Below, piece by piece: positions 20,198 through 29,602 of a DNA stretch of 64,000 bases; position 1 is the stretch's first letter, and every line of letters starts with the position of its first letter. The stretch comes from Candidatus Bathyarchaeota archaeon (GTDB lineage Archaea; Thermoproteota; Bathyarchaeia; Bathyarchaeales; Bathycorpusculaceae). A program made the position numbers and the translations under genes. Below the pieces are notes generated by a model. The model ran no database searches, was not told the origin of the DNA, and saw only the letters and a list, made by a program, of their open reading frames with translations. The stretch is taken from the NCBI GenBank assembly GCA_963775685.1, contig CAVZJV010000014.1:1472001-1536000 (forward strand), written 5' to 3'.

Positions 20198-20514
20198 TAA
20201 GTCAGAAACAGATTATAAGAAAGACATAGTCAATTCAATTCAATCTTTCCTTGGCACATGGAAGGAAGAAAAGAAAAAGTGACCTTAACTTTGGAATAAG
20301 CAGCTTTTGGCTAAATGGACTCAATAACGAAAAAGCATTGAAACTCGTTAGGGAGGATGTTGAGGTGGGTTTAGCTCAATACGAGACAAGAATAAAACTA
20401 ATTGACGTAGCGATTGAATTTAAGAATAGTAGTGAAGGCGATTTCCAAATTGAGTTTAAAATTACGTACTTAACGAAGACTGTGAACAAAATTCATCACA
20501 CCTATTTTTCTTAA
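20185..20514 (+). pseudogene. GPW/gp25-like protein, frameshifted near 20270
   Basis: MDGIV..DIVNSIQSFLGTWKEE / RKSDLNFG...VREDVEVGLAQYETRIKLIDVAI fits the gp25 pattern I..SI..L.T..GER...FG...AL..EPRI. Confidence 0.55.
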
Positions 20515-20564
20515 AAGTCCTCCTCTAATGAAGCTGACATCAAACGTTTTTAATAATTAATTTA

Positions 20565-21582
20565 GAGTCGTGCACAATTCGTTTTTTATATTTTTGTCAT
20601 CTAATAATCTAATGAGCAGGTCTGGGCTAGAACCCGTAAATACCATTGGTTTGGTGTCTTGCAGGCGCTATAACCATTGAGTTATTGGGTCAGGCCCAGT
20701 ACTTGCTCACGCACTTCAGGCTTGTTTCCTCAAGCAACAAAGCTTTGATCGCTTCCGCATTATAACTTATGAGTCCAGCCAATACCATAGCCGACTTCTT
20801 AACCAAACCCCTCGGCCTCATCCAACATTGCTTCAAAACGTTAGCTTTTAAATGCCCGTTGAACTGCTCCACAACATAACACTTAGTCTTCAACAGCTTA
20901 ACATGCTTGATTTTCTTGCGTTTGCCTCTTCTAGGGTTACAAGCAATAACAGGCTCAGCATCAATGGCCTTGACGGCTTCTTTGTTCGTCTTTGAGTCGT
21001 AGCCCGCATCCGCTAAAACGTAATCTGCCTCCAAATCCTCAATGAGCCCTGGAAGAAACGGAGAATCATAACGGTTTCCCAGTGTGACGACAGCCTTCAA
21101 AGGCAAGCCCAGCTGGTTTACGGCGGCATGAAGCTTAAAGCCCCTGAACTTTCCTCTACTTGTATGACCCCAGCCTGCTTCCATATCGTAGAGATCTTCT
21201 AGCGGTGTCGAATCAACGATGACAACTTTTGTCGGCTCTATTAGTTGAAGCATGTCTGCAATGTTTACGAAAGTTTCTTCCAGAAGGCTTAGGTAACGTC
21301 TCCACCATCTTCCAACAGTTGTCCTATCAGGTATTCTGCTTAGACCAAGTGTTCTAGCAACATCAGAATGCTTCTTTAGATGCTCAACCACTCGTGTGTC
21401 GTTGTCTAATCCTTTTAGCCTTCATAGACAAGAATTCTAAGTGCTTTGACTCTTCCGTAACCAGGGTTTCCACGTCTTTTAGGTTCAGTTGGAACTATCG
21501 CTTTGTTGACGAAAAGCCTGATAACCTCACAGGCTTCCATACTAGAACATAATTGGGAAGCAGCTTAAATTCTGCACACCCC
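20565..21582 (-). mobile_element. Insertion sequence (~1.0 kb, DDE_Tnp_1; IS5/IS982-like)
   Basis: Imperfect TIRs gagtcgtgcacaatt / (rc) ggggtgtgcagaatt, TA on both flanks, transposase inside. Confidence 0.8.
20690..21540 (-). pseudogene. DDE transposase, frameshift near 21422
   Basis: IPDRTT, VDSTPL, GFKLH, ADAGYDS, VEQFNGHLK; N-terminus MEACEVIRLF... lies in another frame. Confidence 0.85.
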
Positions 21583-21609
21583 TAAATTAATTAATTGAGT
21601 TGTTGGGGG

Positions 21610-21660
21610 TTATAGATGAGGCTACTGGGATTTGAACACCTTTTAAAGTGGAGATATCGC
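21610..21660. repeat. att-like junction J7 (probable left end of provirus-like element)
   Basis: tgggatttgaacacc-ttttaaagtggagatatc; same two-part consensus as J1/J4/J5/J6. Confidence 0.6.
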
Positions 21661-21742
21661 CACTCTCTTAGTTTCTTCGCAGCTTCCTTCTCTTTTTTCT
21701 TTCCAGAAACAGTTATTCTAAACTCTTCAAGGAGGAACAATT

Positions 21743-22228
21743 TTGAAGATTTACAGTGATGACCCTAACTTACCCTACAAAACAACAAAGTTGAAAGCTC
21801 TATACACAAAAAGCGAAATAGACGGACTATTCGCCAAGTGGGGAGTCAAAGACACCTACTGGCGCTGGGATCCAGACAACAACGAAGTCTTTGTCCAATT
21901 CAAAATCGTTGAAAAGATCGATGATGTGCCCAGGCAGTTTTCAGCAAAGGTTGAGGCGCCAGCGATATGGGACCGTAAAACCCGTTCTAAAGAGGAATCT
22001 ATAAACTGGGACATTAGCATGCGCGTTATGTTCTGGTTCATTAAATCTCACTTAGAAGCTGCTTACCTGCTTCAGAGCTCCAAGACGGTTGCTTTTCTTC
22101 CCTACATCTTCACTGGTGATGATTCTCGGACAATTAAGGATCTCATTCCAATGCTTAACCAACTTCAGCATTTGCATGCCCTACCCAAACCGTCTGTTAT
22201 TATTGACCAGGAACCGGAGGTCTCTTGA
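21743..22228 (+). CDS. Virus-type hypothetical protein
   Basis: Y.TT....TKSEI..L..WG and RVMFWFIKSHLEA...FLPY pattern recalled from phage hypothetical proteins. Confidence 0.6.
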   Translation: MKIYSDDPNLPYKTTKLKALYTKSEIDGLFAKWGVKDTYWRWDPDNNEVFVQFKIVEKIDDVPRQFSAKVEAPAIWDRKTRSKEESINWDISMRVMFWFIKSHLEAAYLLQSSKTVAFLPYIFTGDDSRTIKDLIPMLNQLQHLHALPKPSVIIDQEPEVS

Positions 22229-22530
22229 TTTTGGGTTGTTTTCGTTTGGGTCCTCGGAACATCCTTCAGCCTTTGCTTGAGCAGGCAGCTTTAGAGGAGC
22301 AGTCGCTGGGTGCTCCTGCAAAAAAGACGATGCTTGAAATTGCAGATAAGCTGGTTCGGTGGGCGCCTAACTTGTATAGCAGCTACAGTAACCCAAGCTA
22401 TTCTGACGAGGAGAAGAATGCTGCTAAGGCGTTACTGAAAAAGAATGGCTTAGAAAAGCTTGGGAATCTGAGTCCCAGATACAAGAAAGCTACCTTAGAG
22501 CTGATCGAGGCTCAAAAGGACCAAGTTTAG
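22225..22530 (+). CDS. Hypothetical protein
   Basis: ORF overlapping previous stop, GGAGG SD. Confidence 0.5.
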   Translation: MILGCFRLGPRNILQPLLEQAALEEQSLGAPAKKTMLEIADKLVRWAPNLYSSYSNPSYSDEEKNAAKALLKKNGLEKLGNLSPRYKKATLELIEAQKDQV

Positions 22531-22543
22531 GAGCTGCGTTTTT

Positions 22544-23497
22544 TTGGTTGAAGCATCTGATAACACCGCCAACACCCCAACCAACAGGTGTTGCAACAGT
22601 TGGCACTCCTCAAAGCCCAGAGGCATAGAAGCACTAACATATCAGATTATCGATGCTTCAGAAGTTGAGCTTAAACCCTGTGAGATAGCCCGAAAAATCC
22701 ATGCTCCACGCAAGCCAACCCCTGGCCAGTACTCGACTGTTCGCTTTTTCTGCTCCAAATTGCTGCAAAAAGGCCTAATCATTCAGCCTTACCCTGGAGC
22801 ATACTGTAACAAAATCACCTACGGGGTGCGGTTCGTGCCGCTCTCAGTGCATAACATTAGCTTGCGCAGTTTTGTCTGCCAAGATGTAAAGCATTGGGAA
22901 ACCGATGAGTTTGTCGGAGGAGTGAAGATTCATGTTTGTTTTGGATCTGAGCGCCGTAAAATCAGCGGTTACATCGCATGTGACGTCGCTGGCATGAGTC
23001 ATGACGCGTGTCTGTTGGCACTTAACCGTTGGTTTGACCTAGTCAGTGACCGTTTAGGTTTCCAACTGTGTGATTTGGAGATTTTAACTTTTGAGTGCAA
23101 CAAAGACTATCATGGTATCAGATTAGATGGCGTTCAATGCATTACTAAAATTGGCCTCTATGGTATGGTTGAGCGGGTGTATCAAAAAGAGGAAGCCCTT
23201 GTGCGCAAGGAACGCAAGATTACAAAGCCTATGAGCGTAAACCGCTTTGAGCAAGCCATATCCAAAGGCTTTGCTGACACCGAAAGATCCCAGCATGCAT
23301 TTGAGCTCCGAGAAGAGGTCAAACGCAACACTGAAGCACTAAAGTACACTAACAGTAGGCTTTTGCAGCTTGAACGTCTAAACGAGGCAATGTTTGGAGC
23401 TCTCACTCGCTTAAATGATGTCTTGGGTAAGCTTGGCGATGTAGGTAGCCCTGTGCCTCTTGGGAAAAGGCAGGATTCTGAGGAGTATGTTCGTTGA
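22544..23497 (+). CDS. wHTH-containing protein with C-terminal coiled coil, possible replication/regulatory protein
   Basis: LKPCEIARKI...TVR..CSKLLQKGLI wHTH; function inferred from position only. Confidence 0.5.
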   Translation: MVEASDNTANTPTNRCCNSWHSSKPRGIEALTYQIIDASEVELKPCEIARKIHAPRKPTPGQYSTVRFFCSKLLQKGLIIQPYPGAYCNKITYGVRFVPLSVHNISLRSFVCQDVKHWETDEFVGGVKIHVCFGSERRKISGYIACDVAGMSHDACLLALNRWFDLVSDRLGFQLCDLEILTFECNKDYHGIRLDGVQCITKIGLYGMVERVYQKEEALVRKERKITKPMSVNRFEQAISKGFADTERSQHAFELREEVKRNTEALKYTNSRLLQLERLNEAMFGALTRLNDVLGKLGDVGSPVPLGKRQDSEEYVR

Positions 23498-23596
23498 CAG
23501 TTATGGAGTTGATTGTTTGGGAAGTCATGAGAAAAAAAAAGCTAAGAAAAGGCAGAAACAGCAAAAATTGGAACTGAAGAAATCGGGGGTTTACAC

Positions 23597-24163
23597 ATGA
23601 GCGAGAAGAAAACGATTCTTAAGGTTCCTGATGCATACAAGGGGCTTCTGGAAGATATCCGTACGCTAAAATCAGACGATGCTAACCCTAACAAAATGAG
23701 TAACAAGCAAAAAGAACAGGTTTGGAAAAGCCTGCAAAAGCACGGCTGGATCTACCCAATCGTTACAGATTTGAAGGGGGTCTTCGGGGATGGGGAACAA
23801 CGTGTCCAAGTTTGCAAGGATCATGGAGAGTTTTTTGCGCCAGTGCTTAGGCTTGCCCTCTCAGATCCTCAACGGAGGCTGCTACGTCAGACCCTGAATA
23901 AGCTTAGGGGTAAGCATAACAGAGAGCTTGATGAAGCCGATTACAAGCGCATAATCGAGGCTGGCGAGAAAGAAGACTTACAAGCATTGCTGACGGCGAT
24001 TGGCGAAAGAATTCCCGAAGATCTAGGCGGACCTCGTGAGGGCTCTATGTTGATTCCTGAAAGCTACGAGCTGGTCATTGAGTGCAAAGATGAAACTGAC
24101 CAGAAAGCCAAATTTGACCAATTAACCGCTCAAGGGTATGCTGTGAGGGTGCTGAATCTCTAA
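23597..24163 (+). CDS. ParB/Srx-like N-terminal domain protein (phage type)
   Basis: NPNKMS, SLQKHGWIYPIV, DGEQRV, LNKLRG. Confidence 0.8.
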   Translation: MSEKKTILKVPDAYKGLLEDIRTLKSDDANPNKMSNKQKEQVWKSLQKHGWIYPIVTDLKGVFGDGEQRVQVCKDHGEFFAPVLRLALSDPQRRLLRQTLNKLRGKHNRELDEADYKRIIEAGEKEDLQALLTAIGERIPEDLGGPREGSMLIPESYELVIECKDETDQKAKFDQLTAQGYAVRVLNL

Positions 24164-24768
24164 TGGACTTTGACTTTTATAACACCTGGAATGAGCCAGA
24201 CAGTTTCCGAGCCAAAAGCGTCATAGGAAGCTTCACATTAAACGACGTTAAGCTGCAGAAGCACTTCAAAGGCTCCCTACCAATTGAAGATGATGATTGG
24301 CAGTTAGGCATAATAGTTGGCCGCAGCGGATCAGGCAAGAGCAGCATCGCAAAAAAACTGTTTCCAAACCAATACATTACAAGCTTTGATTACCAGGGCA
24401 AATGCATCCTCGACGACTTTCCCCAAGAGCTCAGCACATCAGAGATTACCCGTATGCTCTGCAGCGTCGGGTTTGCCTCTCCTCCGGATTGGCTAAAGGC
24501 TTACAGTTGTCTTAGCCAGGGCGAGAAGATGCGCGTCGACGTCGCTCGTGCACTCTGCCTGCCTCAGAAACGCATAGTCTTTGACGAATTTACAAGCGTA
24601 GTGGATCGAGAAGTTGCAAAAATTGGATCCTACGCCATCAGCAAAGCCGTCCGAGCTCAAAGCGGAAAACAATTCATTGCTGTAACCTGCCATTTTGACG
24701 TCATAGACTGGCTGGAAGTAGATTGGGTCTACAACACCGACACAATGGAGTACATAACTTTAGGCTAA
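24163..24768 (+). CDS. Phage-type ABC ATPase
   Basis: Walker A GRSGSGKS, LSQGEKMR signature, FDEFTSVVDR, VTCHFDVIDWL. Confidence 0.85.
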   Translation: MDFDFYNTWNEPDSFRAKSVIGSFTLNDVKLQKHFKGSLPIEDDDWQLGIIVGRSGSGKSSIAKKLFPNQYITSFDYQGKCILDDFPQELSTSEITRMLCSVGFASPPDWLKAYSCLSQGEKMRVDVARALCLPQKRIVFDEFTSVVDREVAKIGSYAISKAVRAQSGKQFIAVTCHFDVIDWLEVDWVYNTDTMEYITLG

Positions 24769-24775
24769 TGGGAGT

Positions 24776-25654
24776 ATGGGAAGAATGGTTGAAACCTATA
24801 GCGCAGACCAAGAACGCATCTACTACATAGCGGAAGCAACCAAAGGCACAACGCCAACAGTGACGCCCGCAATGCTTGGAGTACCCCATGAATCAATCAA
24901 CCCAGGCTTTAACCCAAGCAATCTACTACTGCGAAGCGGCGGAAACTACGACCTCTTTGCCATCAAAAAAGGCGTCCGCGTGCCCTCCCTAAAAGTCGCC
25001 TACATCGTGCCCTCAGCAGCGCCAATCGACCTGCTGCAATACGCCAAAATAGACCTGGACAAGACCTTGAGCGTTCAAGCATTATACTATAAAGGCTCTT
25101 GGGCATCAGCAACCGACCTCATTTCACTGCTATACAACTACATGCGAATTGGCAAGGCAAGCGTTAGCTGCGAAATTGACGATGTTCTCAAAGCCAGTCT
25201 GGAAATGGTAGGCCAGAACCTCATTACGGGCACGGCAAAACTGACTGATGCAACTTACACGGATTATGCAGGTGCAGTTGCATTCAACGAAACCGACGTT
25301 ACCATTGGGGGAGCTGCAAACGATCGGGTTGTAAGCTGGAAATTCGACGTAAACAACAATCCTAAACAGGTGCCCGTTATCCGCAGCACCAACGGGTATC
25401 TAGCCAAATACATTCCTTTTGGCAATCGACAACTAAGCGGTGAAATCCGTTTTGAGTTTGAGAGCAAAGCAGAGATGGACAATGCCCTCGCCGACACAGA
25501 GTTCAACATCAGATTCGGTCTAGGCGGTACCGCGTATGCTCAGATGGAGGCAGCCAAATGGGGCAACATAACTAGCGAGAAGTGGCTTGATGACTTAATC
25601 GCGGTTAGGGCACAGTTTGACGCAAAAGGACCGCTTAGCATAGCGGCAAGTTAA
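24776..25654 (+). CDS. Tail tube (major tail) protein
   Basis: YIAEATKGTTP N-terminus, V.SW.F..NN and GNRQLSGEI..EF motifs; position before chaperone and tape measure. Confidence 0.7.
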   Translation: MGRMVETYSADQERIYYIAEATKGTTPTVTPAMLGVPHESINPGFNPSNLLLRSGGNYDLFAIKKGVRVPSLKVAYIVPSAAPIDLLQYAKIDLDKTLSVQALYYKGSWASATDLISLLYNYMRIGKASVSCEIDDVLKASLEMVGQNLITGTAKLTDATYTDYAGAVAFNETDVTIGGAANDRVVSWKFDVNNNPKQVPVIRSTNGYLAKYIPFGNRQLSGEIRFEFESKAEMDNALADTEFNIRFGLGGTAYAQMEAAKWGNITSEKWLDDLIAVRAQFDAKGPLSIAAS

Positions 25655-25667
25655 CGGTGATCTAAAA

Positions 25668-26036
25668 ATGGAGACTACAAAAGTAAAAATTGACAAGCGT
25701 TTTGGCGAGCAATTTGTAGGCGACTATGAATTCCGCCAAATTACCCAGGGAGAATACGAGCGGGTACTCGTTAGCTACATGGATGCAGCAGGCAAAGTTC
25801 CAAAAACGGATATTCTCAAAGTTAACCGGGAATGCCTCTGGATGTCCCTTGTTAGCCAGCCCGCCTCAAAACCTCTTTTCAAAGACCTCATAGTTCAAGG
25901 ACGCCTCCCTTATGGTCTTAGCCTAAAGCTGCAGGAAGTCTACGATAACGTCAATGGCATCGAGATGGATGAGCAGCGTTTTTTATCATCGCCATCCGAG
26001 GAAAACGACCAAACCCCCGACTCACAAAGTTCGTGA
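25668..26036 (+). CDS. Tail assembly chaperone (gpG-like)
   Basis: Follows tube gene; slippery T TTT TTA at 25979-25985 near the end. Confidence 0.7.
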   Translation: METTKVKIDKRFGEQFVGDYEFRQITQGEYERVLVSYMDAAGKVPKTDILKVNRECLWMSLVSQPASKPLFKDLIVQGRLPYGLSLKLQEVYDNVNGIEMDEQRFLSSPSEENDQTPDSQSS

Positions 26037-26191
26037 TGTGTGAGCGATTCGGATGGACAGAGCAAGAATACAATGCCACAAGCAGACAAACCATAGCTGA
26101 GTTTTCACTAATCCTGCGAACGTTAGAGAAGATGGCAGAGGAAGAAGCTAAAAATGCAGAAAAGGAAAAAAGGAAATGTCCGTCGAGGTAA
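25979..26191 (+). CDS. -1 frameshift extension of chaperone (gpGT-like), not in ORF track
   Basis: -1 frame open for 70 codons: FIIAIRGKRPNPRLTKFVMCERFGWTEQEYNAT...; stop overlaps start region of next gene. Confidence 0.7.
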   Translation, partial: FFIIAIRGKRPNPRLTKFVMCERFGWTEQEYNATSRQTIAEFSLILRTLEKMAEEEAKNAEKEKRKCPSR

Positions 26192-26544
26192 CATTTGACG
26201 TTCAAGGTGTGGACGAATTTGTTGCGGCAATGCAGCGCCTAGATGTGGCTATGCAGGAGAGGGTCCGCGTTTGGCTCTATGATTGGGCGCAGCGATTAGT
26301 TGCTGAGGCGAAACGTAGTGCTCCTGTACGCACGGGGTATCTTCAAAGTAAAATCTACGCTATGACGCAAGAATGGGTCGTAGAAATTGGGGCAGCGGCA
26401 GTGTATAGCTACTTTGTGGAGTTCGGCACCCGCTATATGTCTGCTCATCCGTTTCTTTATCCTGCAGTGCAAGCGTTTCTCCCAGAGTTAGAGACCAACA
26501 TCATAGGTGCAATCGAACAGGCAAAAGCGGAGGCGGGATTGTGA
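26176..26544 (+). CDS. HK97 gp10-like tail completion protein
   Basis: AKRSAPVRTGYLQSKI, YFVEFGTRYMSAHPFLYPA. Confidence 0.88.
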   Translation: MSVEVTFDVQGVDEFVAAMQRLDVAMQERVRVWLYDWAQRLVAEAKRSAPVRTGYLQSKIYAMTQEWVVEIGAAAVYSYFVEFGTRYMSAHPFLYPAVQAFLPELETNIIGAIEQAKAEAGL

Positions 26545-27083
26545 GTTTTAGAGAAATAACCCTGTCTATTCGGGCAATCAACCGAGCAAGCAGCGAGTTT
26601 AATCGTATTCAAACAGACGCCCAACTTATGACAGCCCGCATCAAAAGCTTTGGAGCTGCTCTCGCTGGCATAGGTGCCGCAGGCACAGCCATCGGATACC
26701 TGGCTAACCAATTTGGGATTTTAAACGATGAGCAAACCAAAGTCTTCACCGGCACCATGATGCTTGTCTCAGTTATGGGCATGTTTCTGCGTACAAGCAC
26801 CGGGTTAGCTATAGCTCAAAAAGTCTATGCCGCCGCATGCGCGTTTGCAACGGCAGTCCAAAACGCCCTAAACATCAGTTACGCAACCTTCCTGGCGCTT
26901 ACTGGTGTGGGTATCGCTGTGATTGCCGCTGCCGCAGTAGCTATGTATGCTTTTGCCAGCAGCATGAACACGGCAACGGCAAGCGTGCAGAGCTTCAATG
27001 CATCGGCAGCCGAAACTCCGACCCGCGTTAAAGGCATTACTCGTGCAGGAGACGCAGAACTTGCTAGGCGAGGGATTGAGTAA
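26541..27083 (+). CDS. Miniature tape measure protein (180 aa)
   Basis: TMP-type N-terminus ITLSIRAINRASSEF, Ala-rich helices, AVQNALN...GIAVIAAAAVA. Confidence 0.65.
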   Translation: MSFREITLSIRAINRASSEFNRIQTDAQLMTARIKSFGAALAGIGAAGTAIGYLANQFGILNDEQTKVFTGTMMLVSVMGMFLRTSTGLAIAQKVYAAACAFATAVQNALNISYATFLALTGVGIAVIAAAAVAMYAFASSMNTATASVQSFNASAAETPTRVKGITRAGDAELARRGIE

Positions 27084-29471
27084 ATGTCCACCGCTGCCCC
27101 AAGTATTGCCTTAGTTTTTGGCGCCATAGCACCTCCGCAAGCTGATATCGTTGAGCTTCTGGTTCATTTAGGCTGTAGCAAAGAAGTCAGCAGCTACGAC
27201 ATCACATTGCACAATCATAATGGCAAGTACAGCCCAAACGGCGCTTACCCCATAACCGTGGGGATGGATGGCTCAATTAGCTTAGGGCGGACACCAAACT
27301 GTCCGTTGCTTATGACGTTGCGGGTTGAAAAAGTCCACTACCAAAGCTCGCCTATTGAAAGCTACTTGACGGTTTCTGGGCGCTGCTGGGGTGAGCGACT
27401 GTTCCGCCGAGTTGTCACGGCAACCTATTCGGGCATGAAGGGCGAAGAGATAGTTAAGGACCTTATGGATTATTATGCGGGTCTTAGCCACAATAGAAGC
27501 GGCGTTGAACTCGTCGAAAACACAGATACGACCTATACAGAGCTAAAACCCGAGGATTCACCTCTCTGGGACATCCTCAAGTACGTTGCCGAATCAGCCG
27601 ACAAAGCAGGCGTAATAGGCTACGATTTTCGTGTTGCACCAGACGGCAAATTCGAGTTCTTTCCCAAACTCTCCAAAACAAACTCAACCGTAATCACCGA
27701 AAACATCGACACTATAGCAGAGTACGAAAAAGACATCACACGTGTAAGAAACAAGGTTGTTGTCTACGGCTTAGCTGACAAAAGTTATCCTTCAAACAAA
27801 GTTGACTGGACAAACAGCTTAGCTCCTTCGGATGGTTCTTGGAGCGGCTCAATAGGAACGGTGAGTCTTGACGCAACAGGGAATCCCACTGGCGGGTCTT
27901 GCATAAAACTCTCTGTTACCAGTAACTACGCAGGTGTGGTTGATCTTGACCTCGCTGCAGGTCATGAAGTTAACTTTGATGCCTATCCAGTTTTGGATTT
28001 GCAGCTAAAAATACAGGACACCTTTGCAGGAACAGGCTTCATTCTGCTAATGGATACTGCAGGCAAATTCGCTTCCAAAACCATTTCTATTTCTCCGGAC
28101 GCAGCTTTCCACGTTTTTGAGACTGGCGCTGGATCAGCCTATGCTAACCAATGGGAAAGGGTTGACTTAGGCTTTAATTGGGTTGCCGTCCAGAAAATTA
28201 GAGTTTCACTTGGCTTTTCAGGTGTTGGAAGCGGTAACTTTTGGGTTTATGCCCTCTACTCTGGGGGTCGCCGCTACTCGGGGGTTGTCGAAAGCACACC
28301 AAGCCAGACTGCCTATGGTTTGCGGGAATATGTTGAGGTTGATGAGGAGCTTTGGAGCGATAGCGAATGTGTCAGGCGGGCGTCTGCGCTTTTGGCGTAT
28401 CTCAAAGACCCAGCCGAACACTTGCACATAGTTAGCACAGTTATAGATTATGGGGCGTCGCCGATTAAGGCAGGCGATAAAGTACACGCAGAGCTCCCAA
28501 CGGAGGGCGTCAACAGCGATTTTAGAGCTGAAAGCGTTGAGTATCGAGTGCCAAAAGAGGACCCAACAAAGCTGGAAATAACATTGGAGCTTGGCAAGGA
28601 ACCGCCGCACCTAGCCGATTACCTCTATGGCCTACGCACCCATACACCTAACGTTGAGAAGCTCAGCAGAACAAAGCTTGGCAAAAGAGGCGCTCCAATC
28701 GCCACGGGCGGCAGTGTATTAGGTGCCTCTAGGTTTACAACAAACGTTGAAGTCGATAAAACCTCCCCCGCCTTTAACTTGGTTATTTCAGGCGTTCATA
28801 AGGCTGTGTTTGGGCATGATGGAGCGAACACTTTTTTGGCAGCCATGGCGGGCGATCTTATTTTGGAATCAGCCATAAATCATTTAATCCGCCCCAACAG
28901 CGACGGCAGCGACGACCTTGGCAATGGCAGCTTCCGCTTTGGTTCAGCGTATTTGAAGAATAATCTATTTGTGGCCGGCTGGGAAGTTATCGCCAACACG
29001 GGCAGAATTAACATGTGGTCAATGCCACGAGATACCTCTGGCTTGGTGCTCGAAGCCCAGGGAGCAGGCAACTATCCAATGTATGTAGACCCCAACGGCA
29101 GATATGCACCCGCCGCCCACAATCACGCCAACATGTACCCTGCAGGAGGAACCAATACCGGGTCATGTGGGGACACATCGACTTATTGGCATGTCATTGC
29201 AGGCGATAGCGTCTGGTACAATGCCCTCGGACACATGGACATGATAGATGACCTAGCTGCCATCAAGAAAATAAAACCCAGTGAAAGGACCGACAAAAAG
29301 GGTGTGCCGTTAATTGATGCTAACTCTCTGCCTGAAGAGGTGCGCTCTGATGAGGGTTTAATTCATGCTGGTCATTTGATGGGTCTAGCCCTGGGCGCTA
29401 TCAGACAATTGAACGCTAAAGTTGAGACTTTAGAAAAAGAGCTAGAAAGGCTGCGATGTGCTCGGTACTAA
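27084..29471 (+). CDS. Tail tip/hub plus receptor-binding protein with C-terminal chaperone-like coiled coil
   Basis: Hub-like N-terminus (RVRNKVVVYG, YGLRE), central beta-rich insert, C-terminal LALGAIRQLNAKVETLE. Confidence 0.65.
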   Translation: MSTAAPSIALVFGAIAPPQADIVELLVHLGCSKEVSSYDITLHNHNGKYSPNGAYPITVGMDGSISLGRTPNCPLLMTLRVEKVHYQSSPIESYLTVSGRCWGERLFRRVVTATYSGMKGEEIVKDLMDYYAGLSHNRSGVELVENTDTTYTELKPEDSPLWDILKYVAESADKAGVIGYDFRVAPDGKFEFFPKLSKTNSTVITENIDTIAEYEKDITRVRNKVVVYGLADKSYPSNKVDWTNSLAPSDGSWSGSIGTVSLDATGNPTGGSCIKLSVTSNYAGVVDLDLAAGHEVNFDAYPVLDLQLKIQDTFAGTGFILLMDTAGKFASKTISISPDAAFHVFETGAGSAYANQWERVDLGFNWVAVQKIRVSLGFSGVGSGNFWVYALYSGGRRYSGVVESTPSQTAYGLREYVEVDEELWSDSECVRRASALLAYLKDPAEHLHIVSTVIDYGASPIKAGDKVHAELPTEGVNSDFRAESVEYRVPKEDPTKLEITLELGKEPPHLADYLYGLRTHTPNVEKLSRTKLGKRGAPIATGGSVLGASRFTTNVEVDKTSPAFNLVISGVHKAVFGHDGANTFLAAMAGDLILESAINHLIRPNSDGSDDLGNGSFRFGSAYLKNNLFVAGWEVIANTGRINMWSMPRDTSGLVLEAQGAGNYPMYVDPNGRYAPAAHNHANMYPAGGTNTGSCGDTSTYWHVIAGDSVWYNALGHMDMIDDLAAIKKIKPSERTDKKGVPLIDANSLPEEVRSDEGLIHAGHLMGLALGAIRQLNAKVETLEKELERLRCARY

Positions 29472-29539
29472 ATGGCAGGCACAAAAGATCCCGCAATACG
29501 TCGAAGAAAAATGAACTGCTCGGTTATGTCGATTGCTTA

Positions 29540-29555
29540 GTCAAGATTTCTTGAC
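29540..29555. promoter_or_regulatory. GTCAAG-N4-CTTGAC palindrome abutting BRE/TATA
   Basis: gtcaagatttcttgac followed by gaaaacacctataaaa, upstream of 29603. Confidence 0.7.
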
Positions 29556-29602
29556 GAAAACACCTATAAAATGAAAGCGTCTATCAATCTTTCAGATAAA
29601 AA

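Noticed and set aside
20185-20514. Contractile injection system suggested by the gp25-like gene
   Set aside because: No sheath, baseplate J or spike genes; the nearby tail module is non-contractile and in a different segment
12584-21660. Recurrent repeats as a CRISPR array
   Set aside because: Spacing is 0.4-2 kb, repeats are degenerate and tRNA-derived, and no cas genes are present
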